From a virus (taxonomy: Duplodnaviria > Heunggongvirae > Uroviricota > Caudoviricetes), in the IMG/VR virus record IMGVR_UViG_2545824709_000011, positions 1 to 33,117 of that record: 33,117 nt of DNA, one strand, 5' to 3'. The position numbers were made by a program, and so were the translations under genes. Positions 26,687-33,117 of this stretch are shown one piece after another. How positions within the stretch are numbered: position 1 is the stretch's first letter; each line of letters starts with the position of its first letter. The notes beneath the pieces are model-generated. The model did no database searches. It was not told the DNA's origin and saw only the letters and a list, made by a program, of their open reading frames with translations.

Positions 26687-28963
26687 TCAAATGGGTAACG
26701 AGAACCCCGGCCACTCATCAGCAACCGGATACGTGAATTTTTTCCCGTCATAATTTACGGTCGCGCCACGCGCCAGCGCCTCAAGCTCCCATCGTTGCGG
26801 CCTGATACCGTTCTGAGCGAGGTCAACGCGGATACGGGTAATTTGCAATCGTTCAGACCTGGTCAGTCTGGCAGATGGTGCAATTTCATGCGGTTTTAAC
26901 GGGATTCCGTTTCTTTGCTGACGATTTGGTGTTCTCAGTCCGTGTTTTAATGCGCCCCTGAGCACCATCACTACCTCCGGGTCACTCCATTCGATAACAC
27001 CGTCATCTACCAGATTAAGCACTGCTGCGGCGTGCTCAGAAGGTGTGGGAGCCGGTAACGAAGTATCACCACCGGTGAGCTTTCCACAGTTATTGACAGG
27101 ACTCCGAGGCGCGGCGATGCCGCTTTTTAAAGTTAAAGGCTCCACGACCGGAACTTTCGGAACAATGCGCCAGTCCGTCGTTCTGGTGATATGAATATGA
27201 CGCGCGCCGAGATGCGGCGCGTAAATGCCGACCACTCTCTCGACTTCTTCCTCGTACTCGTTAACTTCATCCGACGGGCTACGGGCGACTCTGACAGTCT
27301 GGCAATCGCGCGGAACATTTGCCCCACCCTGCGCACTGATATACAACGCAAAATCGCCACTGTCTGCGGCAGCGCGTGCAGCCTCGACGCGTTCGTCAAA
27401 CTCATCAGCAATGCTGACGCCGCGAGGCAATTTGCGTAGTTCACGGTAAGCCCCCATTGTCGGCAGACCAACCGTTTTAAATTGCGGGATGCGCCACGTT
27501 GACGCCCATGCAGTAACAGCCGCGGCAGTATCTTTCAGAGGTCTGCCGGTATCGTTATCGAGCTGACCATCCAGTGCATAGCCGTCGATATTTTTTGAAA
27601 TGTATTTCGCGATATACCCCGCAGCACCGCCCCGGTTAAGGTGTTTCGCCTGAAAACGGTTTCGCTCGGCTCCTCTTTCGTCGCCATCCTCTTTGAGCGC
27701 GTAGCGACGCATGGTTTCGATAATCTGGTTACGCTGACGTGGATTACAAAAAAGCATCATATGCCAGTGCGGCGTTCCGTCGTGGTGTGGCTCGACGACA
27801 CGCAAACCGTAGACCTGTAAATCATTATCCTTGAATGCCGTGCGCATCAGGCTCCAGATGCGGCAGAGATAACGCTGCGCATCCTTTGGATTAAATGCCT
27901 CATCGTTCCAGCCGTGATTTAGCTGGACGGTTTTACTTTCACCTTTTCCGACCTGACGTGTCGGGTGATACTTTGACGGCGCGGTCAGCGTGATAAACAT
28001 CCCCACATCACCCTCTGCGGCGGCGTAACGCTCAATACCGGCAATGGTGTTCATCAGCTCCATCCGGCGAATTTCAGGATTAGAAATACTTCCCATCACC
28101 TTACTGATAAGGTCGATGCGCTCGCCGGTTTCCCTGTTTTCAAGGTCACACGATTTAAGAAATTCCAGATTTGCCTGGCGGCGCGCACGCACATCACGAA
28201 TGGCATGTTTACTGGCATAAGGAGAACGGTCTTTATTCACCTCCCCGACAGCAATCAGTAACGCCTCATGCCAGCGCATACGCTGACCTTTAAGCTGATG
28301 AGTCCACCACTCATCGTTAAACAGACGGGCAATGGCAGAATATGCCTGCCTCGTGGTCATCTGTCCTTTACGGTATTTTTTCCAGTAGAGAGGGGAAATA
28401 TTGAAAGCTCGTGCAGCGCCAGCAACATGACCATACAGATGCGCCTGAGCCTCATCCGTAAACAGCGATTCTTTCTCGCCATGTGCATCAACCCATGCAT
28501 CGCAGAGTTCCTCATACATCATGAAAAGCTGCGATGAGATACGGGCGGCAAACTTTTTCAGTTCCTTGTCATTCATCCCCGGCAGACGCGCATAATGGTC
28601 ACGCTCTGCCAGAAACAGCAACGACGCGTCGGTGTTCATTTCATGGCGCTGATTCACGCGCTCAATGCGCGGCCATAAACGACGCTGAAAAGTGGATGTG
28701 AGGAAATAAAACCCGTGCACCGGGCTTTTATTGCGCCGGATGTAGTCATAGCGTGAAGTAAACAGCGAGCGCAAAAAGTAAGGCAGGCGGTTAATCGTGG
28801 ATAAAACACCTTGCACCTGACGCATCTCGTCACGTGTAAGGGGTCTTTCGCGCCCGACAGCCTCGCGTGGCGCGTTCCATGCATAAGCACCGGTAAACGC
28901 CTTACCGGTGCCTGCGGCAAATGCTGATGGAGGGACAAAACGCCCGGAGGCTTTAACGGCCAT
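26687..28963 (-). CDS. A: Replication initiation protein A (rolling-circle endonuclease)
   Basis: About 758-aa product starting MAVKASGRFVPPSAFAAGTGK; the ORF-track start 14 codons upstream is a TTG, so ATG at 28963 is preferred. Confidence 0.85.
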   Translation of the reverse strand: MAVKASGRFVPPSAFAAGTGKAFTGAYAWNAPREAVGRERPLTRDEMRQVQGVLSTINRLPYFLRSLFTSRYDYIRRNKSPVHGFYFLTSTFQRRLWPRIERVNQRHEMNTDASLLFLAERDHYARLPGMNDKELKKFAARISSQLFMMYEELCDAWVDAHGEKESLFTDEAQAHLYGHVAGAARAFNISPLYWKKYRKGQMTTRQAYSAIARLFNDEWWTHQLKGQRMRWHEALLIAVGEVNKDRSPYASKHAIRDVRARRQANLEFLKSCDLENRETGERIDLISKVMGSISNPEIRRMELMNTIAGIERYAAAEGDVGMFITLTAPSKYHPTRQVGKGESKTVQLNHGWNDEAFNPKDAQRYLCRIWSLMRTAFKDNDLQVYGLRVVEPHHDGTPHWHMMLFCNPRQRNQIIETMRRYALKEDGDERGAERNRFQAKHLNRGGAAGYIAKYISKNIDGYALDGQLDNDTGRPLKDTAAAVTAWASTWRIPQFKTVGLPTMGAYRELRKLPRGVSIADEFDERVEAARAAADSGDFALYISAQGGANVPRDCQTVRVARSPSDEVNEYEEEVERVVGIYAPHLGARHIHITRTTDWRIVPKVPVVEPLTLKSGIAAPRSPVNNCGKLTGGDTSLPAPTPSEHAAAVLNLVDDGVIEWSDPEVVMVLRGALKHGLRTPNRQQRNGIPLKPHEIAPSARLTRSERLQITRIRVDLAQNGIRPQRWELEALARGATVNYDGKKFTYPVADEWPGFSLPI

Positions 28964-29228
28964 ATGAGCCAAAAGCCTCTGAACAACGCTTGCTGAGTTG
29001 CTCAACCTGCGCGTTTAAATCAGCAAAAGACTTTGCGCTTCCGGTCAGAATATCGTGATGCATCATGCCGGAAACGAGCTGGCTTAATTTCGGGTAATAA
29101 CCAACCACCGACAGCCATTCCTGACCGGCGTTTTTACCGCTTTCCGCTCTCTTTTTCTCGTGGAGAATAAACTGAAAGCTGTCACTGGTAACGACATAAC
29201 GTTCGCCAATTTCAATACGAATACTCAT
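28953..29228 (-). CDS. Early-operon small protein (P2 orf83 position)
   Basis: 91-aa ORF between orf82-like and A; synteny only. Confidence 0.6.
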   Translation of the reverse strand: MSIRIEIGERYVVTSDSFQFILHEKKRAESGKNAGQEWLSVVGYYPKLSQLVSGMMHHDILTGSAKSFADLNAQVEQLSKRCSEAFGSYGR

Positions 29229-29449
29229 GCCGTTCTCCGGTAATGTTTGTTTTTTGCTTCAAAGACTGACTGACAGGAAACACAACGCGTGGCTGACGGA
29301 TAAGCCGCACGACGGGCAGCAGGTATTGGCACGTCACACTCTTCGCAAACCAGCGCAGAAACACCGCAATGTTTTACCCTTGCCGCGTTAATCTGGCGCT
29401 CCAGTAATTCAGCCTGTTGTTCCTGAATGAAATCTACGTTGTCCGGCAT
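29225..29449 (-). CDS. DksA/TraR-family C4 zinc-finger protein (P2 orf82 position)
   Basis: 74-aa ORF with C..C...C..C (HCGVSALVCEECDVPIPAARRAAYPSATRCVSC) typical of the TraR/DksA family. Confidence 0.7.
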   Translation of the reverse strand: MPDNVDFIQEQQAELLERQINAARVKHCGVSALVCEECDVPIPAARRAAYPSATRCVSCQSVFEAKNKHYRRTA

Positions 29450-29751
29450 TACCAGTTCCTTTTGTCGTTCAGTTTCTTAAATTCATCAGCGCAATAGCTG
29501 ACGATTTCTGTCGTTAATTTTGTCAGTTCATCCACGGAGGAAATTTGCTTGTGGAATACAGCGCGTTTAACAAGTAAATTGACCACATCAGACAGGAGGT
29601 TTAATTCATTCTGATAAATCGCGATAACAGATTCAGTTATGTCGCGTTTTTCTTTATCAAGACAAAGTTGAATAAGAGATAAATCACCATTTTCCATAAC
29701 GGCGATTTTTAAGGCGTTATTCAGTAATACAACTGAATGAGAACAGGACAT
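29449..29751 (-). CDS. Early-operon small protein (P2 orf81 position)
   Basis: About 100-aa ORF; ATG at 29751 preferred over the TTG codon one position upstream. Confidence 0.55.
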   Translation of the reverse strand: MSCSHSVVLLNNALKIAVMENGDLSLIQLCLDKEKRDITESVIAIYQNELNLLSDVVNLLVKRAVFHKQISSVDELTKLTTEIVSYCADEFKKLNDKRNW

Positions 29752-29975
29752 CAAAGCACCTCCCCGCGAGACAATCCGATATTGTGAAATTTTTCCGACT
29801 CCTGACTGAGCAGCTCGACTATCTCCACGCGGGATAACTCCGCCTTTGTGATATGGCGAATCATGGCGTCAAGATGAGAAGAAAAGCGCGTCGCAGCGTC
29901 GGCCTGTGCTTCGGTTCTGGCCTGTTGCAGCAGTAATGCGTATTTACCGCACTGATTTTCAGAAACTGTATGCAT
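29751..29975 (-). CDS. Early-operon small protein (P2 orf80 position)
   Basis: 74-aa ORF; synteny only. Confidence 0.55.
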   Translation of the reverse strand: MHTVSENQCGKYALLLQQARTEAQADAATRFSSHLDAMIRHITKAELSRVEIVELLSQESEKFHNIGLSRGEVL

Positions 29976-30038
29976 GACTTTCTCCAGGCAAAAAGAAGCC
30001 CCGCACGATTAAGTGCGTTAAAAACTCTGGTTAATTAT

Positions 30039-30545
30039 TTAATGCAGATATTGCTCTGGTTTTACCGACGTCAGAATTGTCGGTGCATACTCAAACAGAC
30101 TGAATAATTCACGTAATGCACGGAATAAAGCATCACGCCAGTAACATGATTCTTCATTAATTCGCCAGTACGGCTGGTTGAATTCTTTTTCTGTCAGTCG
30201 TGCGTGCATAAATAAAGTACGTCGCTGGCTGACTGTTAAAAAACTAATATATGCATACTCACTTGCACCGACCTGACGGCGTTTTGAGAATGCCCCACGC
30301 AATTCATCAATTGCACAAACCAGCCGTTCACGTTCGACGTCGTTCATTTCTTCAAAACGCATCGTTGCGTGACGCTGTTTTAACTGTGCATGAAAGCAAA
30401 CCGTTAGCCGTTCGCGCTCCATCATCTGATTATAATAATCACATGTATCCTGCCAGCGAGGGACGGCAAGATGCTTGCCAATTATCCGGCGCATAGCTGC
30501 TGGCTGTTTTTCAACGAGATTGAGCGTCATCACTGTCATTTCCAT
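30039..30545 (-). CDS. B: Replication protein B
   Basis: 168-aa ORF downstream of cox/orf78; synteny with the P2 early operon. Confidence 0.8.
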   Translation of the reverse strand: MEMTVMTLNLVEKQPAAMRRIIGKHLAVPRWQDTCDYYNQMMERERLTVCFHAQLKQRHATMRFEEMNDVERERLVCAIDELRGAFSKRRQVGASEYAYISFLTVSQRRTLFMHARLTEKEFNQPYWRINEESCYWRDALFRALRELFSLFEYAPTILTSVKPEQYLH

Positions 30546-30706
30546 ACCCTCCGGCTTTTCAGAAAGGTCAGAGCCTTTTTTAACGGACTCTGTTTTTTGG
30601 TGCGGATAATGATTCCCTTACGCCCCTTACCGTGGGTGATGGTGAAGTCAATCGCCCTGGGGCTTTCGTTACGCAGTAACTGAGCAATACAACGAGGCTC
30701 ATTCAT
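30536..30706 (-). CDS. Early-operon small protein (P2 orf78 position)
   Basis: 56-aa product from the second ATG, which has an AAGGAG ribosome-binding site 6 nt upstream (MNEPRCIAQLL...). Confidence 0.6.
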   Translation of the reverse strand: MNEPRCIAQLLRNESPRAIDFTITHGKGRKGIIIRTKKQSPLKKALTFLKSRRVWK

Positions 30707-30716
30707 ACGGTTCTCC

Positions 30717-30992
30717 TTAACGTGGTTCACCGAGACCTAACCACATCAACCAGCCGTCACGAATCTCTTTAGGGCGGCTTTCATAAGCCAGTTTTAGTCC
30801 GTTATTCCATGCCGGAAGGTATACCCAATATTCACCTGCACGACCTGAAGCTGATTGTGGATCGGTCATATCAATTACAGGCAGCTTTCCTTTATCGATC
30901 ATCCGACGAACCGCTCCTGTCGATTTTCCTATTAGTTTTGCGAACTCCTGATAAGGAATCGCATCAGTCATGAGTGTTACTTGCTTGCTCAT
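30717..30992 (-). CDS. cox: Cox, excisionase and transcriptional regulator of the immunity switch
   Basis: 91-aa ORF MSKQVTLMTDAIPYQEFAKLIGKSTGAVRRMIDKGKLPV; first gene of the early operon, divergent from C. Confidence 0.9.
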   Translation of the reverse strand: MSKQVTLMTDAIPYQEFAKLIGKSTGAVRRMIDKGKLPVIDMTDPQSASGRAGEYWVYLPAWNNGLKLAYESRPKEIRDGWLMWLGLGEPR

Positions 30993-31106
30993 GTCGTCCT
31001 CTAGCCCTCATGAATTGCGTTTAATGTCTTATAATGCCTTTTAGTGCCCACATCCAAGCACTAAACAATCTACATCTAAACTAAATACTATTGAGATCTA
31101 AACATC
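30993..31106. promoter_or_regulatory. Immunity switch region between cox and C (early and repressor promoters plus operator repeats)
   Basis: 114-bp divergent intergenic region; plus-strand TATAAT at 31030-31035; direct repeats ATCTAAAC at 31074-31081 and 31096-31103 plus CTAAA(C/T) copies at 31061 and 31081. Confidence 0.6.
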
Positions 31107-31406
31107 ATGTCAAACACGATAAGCGAGAAGATAGTCTTAATGCGAAAATCAGAGTATTTGAGCAGACAACAACTTGCTGATTTAACAGGGGTTCCGTATG
31201 GCACGCTGAGTTACTATGAAAGTGGTCGTTCAACACCTCCAACAGATGTCATGATGAACATCCTGCAGACCCCACAATTCACCAAATACACTTTATGGTT
31301 CATGACCAATCAGATCGCTCCTGAGTCCGGGCAAATTGCGCCCGCTCTCGCACACTTTGGGCAAAACGAAACAACGTCGCCCCACTCCGGTCAAAAGACT
31401 GGTTAA
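31107..31406 (+). CDS. C: Immunity repressor C
   Basis: 99-aa ORF MSNTISEKIVLMRKSEYLSRQQLADLTGVPYGTLSYYESG with helix-turn-helix; upstream of int. Confidence 0.9.
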   Translation: MSNTISEKIVLMRKSEYLSRQQLADLTGVPYGTLSYYESGRSTPPTDVMMNILQTPQFTKYTLWFMTNQIAPESGQIAPALAHFGQNETTSPHSGQKTG

Positions 31407-31521
31407 CAATTCATCGTGAATATATTCATCACAAGTGCCTACTATTGGTGGCTAAATTTCAGCCACCACGAAAAAAGCGATTAGTAGTCGCAAAAAAACA
31501 CACCACTCGGAGGGTTTTCTG

Positions 31522-32535
31522 ATGGCAATCAAAAAACTCGATGATGGTCGATATGAAGTGGACATCCGCCCTACTGGACGTAATGGAAAACGCATCCGTA
31601 GGAAGTTTGATAAGAAAAGCGAAGCTGTCGCTTTCGAGAAATACACGTTGTACAACCACCACAATAAAGAATGGCTATCAAAACCAACAGACAAGCGACG
31701 TCTGTCGGAGCTGACACAGATCTGGTGGGATTTAAAGGGTAAACACGAAGAGCATGGGAAATCTAATCTTGGGAAAATTGAAATCTTCACAAAAATAACG
31801 AATGACCCATGCGCATTTCAAATTACGAAATCGCTTATCAGCCAGTACTGCGCCACCCGAAGAAGTCAGGGTATTAAACCTTCGAGTATCAATCGTGATT
31901 TAACATGTATTAGCGGCATGTTTACAGCCCTGATTGAAGCGGAGTTATTCTTTGGTGAGCACCCTATCAGAGGGACAAAAAGGCTTAAGGAGGAAAAACC
32001 AGACACAGGCTATCTCACGCAGGAAGAAATTGCCTTACTGCTTGCTGCTCTTGACGGCGACAACAAAAAGATTGCGATTCTTTGCCTGAGTACTGGAGCA
32101 CGTTGGGGAGAAGCAGCTCGTTTGAAAGCAGAAAATATCATCCATAACCGCGTCACGTTTGTTAAAACGAAAACAAACAAACCACGCACCGTCCCGATCT
32201 CAGAGGCTGTTGCCAAAATGATCGCGGATAACAAACGAGGTTTTTTATTCCCTGATGCTGATTACCCTCGCTTCAGACGAACAATGAAAGCAATAAAACC
32301 GGATTTGCCAATGGGGCAAGCTACACATGCACTAAGGCACAGCTTTGCCACTCATTTCATGATTAATGGAGGAAGTATTATCACGCTACAACGGATACTA
32401 GGTCACACGCGGATTGAGCAAACTATGGTTTACGCTCATTTTGCGCCAGAGTACCTTCAGGACGCCATTTCTCTTAATCCGCTAAGAGGTGGTACTGAGG
32501 TCGAGAGTGTCCACACAGTGTCCACAGTAGAGTAA
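31522..32535 (+). CDS. int: Tyrosine integrase
   Basis: 337-aa ORF with C-terminal catalytic residues (HALRHSFAT ... LGH ... Y); GGAGGG ribosome-binding site; adjacent to the att core. Confidence 0.9.
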   Translation: MAIKKLDDGRYEVDIRPTGRNGKRIRRKFDKKSEAVAFEKYTLYNHHNKEWLSKPTDKRRLSELTQIWWDLKGKHEEHGKSNLGKIEIFTKITNDPCAFQITKSLISQYCATRRSQGIKPSSINRDLTCISGMFTALIEAELFFGEHPIRGTKRLKEEKPDTGYLTQEEIALLLAALDGDNKKIAILCLSTGARWGEAARLKAENIIHNRVTFVKTKTNKPRTVPISEAVAKMIADNKRGFLFPDADYPRFRRTMKAIKPDLPMGQATHALRHSFATHFMINGGSIITLQRILGHTRIEQTMVYAHFAPEYLQDAISLNPLRGGTEVESVHTVSTVE

Positions 32536-32614
32536 CGTTTAAGGGCTTTCAGTGGTAATTTATGCCGCTCAAACCCGCATTGTACCGTTGAAAGCCCCTA
32601 CTGGTGACACCCTA

Positions 32615-32642
32615 AATCTCCCTTACACGGGCTTATTTTTTA
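32615..32642. repeat. attL core (integrase-proximal copy of the 28-bp att core repeat)
   Basis: Exact 28-bp match to 1507-1534. Confidence 0.85.
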
Positions 32643-32799
32643 TGCATAAGCCCTATCCCTGGTCACCGTCTTCCATTGACCACATCGATAGAATCTCCCT
32701 TCATAGCACGATGCCTTTCACGTAACGGCATCGTGCTCGCACAGGTTCCGGCTAAGCACAACCAGAACGCGCATGTTTGACGCTTACCAAAAAATATTC

Positions 32800-33117
32800 T
32801 CACTCTCCACATTTGAATGTCAGACGAGCGACGCCATGTAATCCTGCACCTTCTGTCTTCAGGTCAACTATCTGCATTTTTTTGCCCTGAGTAACACAGA
32901 AATGGGCTGCATCATTTTTTACTATATTTTCTGCACCAGATATTCTGCCCCTGGCTAAAGAAGCTTCGGCTTCGGTGTAGTATTGGTTATCGAGTTTACG
33001 CTGAATATTACTTTTATATGCAAGACCAAATTTACCGATACTTGTCTCATCATTATGCACAGCACAACCAGACACAATAAAAATACTAATTAATGATATA
33101 GCAGCTATCTTTTTCAT
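32800..33117 (-). CDS. yegR: Host small lipoprotein (105 aa), possibly YegR
   Basis: Signal peptide with lipobox (FIVSGC); outside the prophage; symbol assigned only from recalled synteny with yegQ and the 105-aa length, not from sequence recognition. Confidence 0.45.
   Translation of the reverse strand: MKKIAAISLISIFIVSGCAVHNDETSIGKFGLAYKSNIQRKLDNQYYTEAEASLARGRISGAENIVKNDAAHFCVTQGKKMQIVDLKTEGAGLHGVARLTFKCGE

Larger units (their letters stand above)
1507..32642. mobile_element. P2-like prophage, apparently complete, bounded by att core direct repeats
   Basis: Identical 28-bp repeat AATCTCCCTTACACGGGCTTATTTTTTA at both ends; full P2 gene complement and order in between; integrase adjacent to one end and ogr to the other. 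Confidence 0.9.

Noticed and set aside
31407-31521. Hairpin GGTGGCT-AAATTTC-AGCCACC between C and int as a terminator
   Set aside because: It is not followed by a U-tract on either strand, and C and int are expected to be co-transcribed; kept only as a possible regulatory structure, not annotated.

Overview
The window is almost entirely one intact-looking P2-like (Peduovirus-type) prophage of about 31.1 kb, lying in inverted orientation relative to the usual P2 map. It is bounded by a 28-bp att core direct repeat (1507-1534 and 32615-32642) and sits between host rlhA/yegQ (1-1362) and a small host lipoprotein gene (32800-33117). All canonical P2 modules are present by protein sequence and order: ogr, D-U-T-E/E'-FII-FI, tfa-H-I-J-W-V, S-R-lysCBA-K-Y-X-L-M-N-O on the minus strand, P-Q on the plus strand, cos, then A-orf83/82/81/80-B-orf78-cox, C and int. 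Three AT-rich accessory insertions are not part of the P2 backbone. (1) The strongest candidate for an undescribed system is a two-gene minus-strand operon between portal gene Q and cos (23745-25680): an ABC/OLD-type ATPase plus a 205-aa partner, at the position equivalent to the P2 tin/old defence hotspot. (2) A self-contained plus-strand cargo unit with two small ORFs and its own terminator sits between S and V (13588-14395). (3) A 37-aa hydrophobic peptide ORF with a consensus Shine-Dalgarno sequence, flanked by hairpin terminators and 15-bp direct repeats, lies between cos and gene A (26078-26471). The Z/fun hotspot between tfa and FI is unoccupied. All calls rest on reading the ORF translations and sequence by eye; no database search or computation was run.
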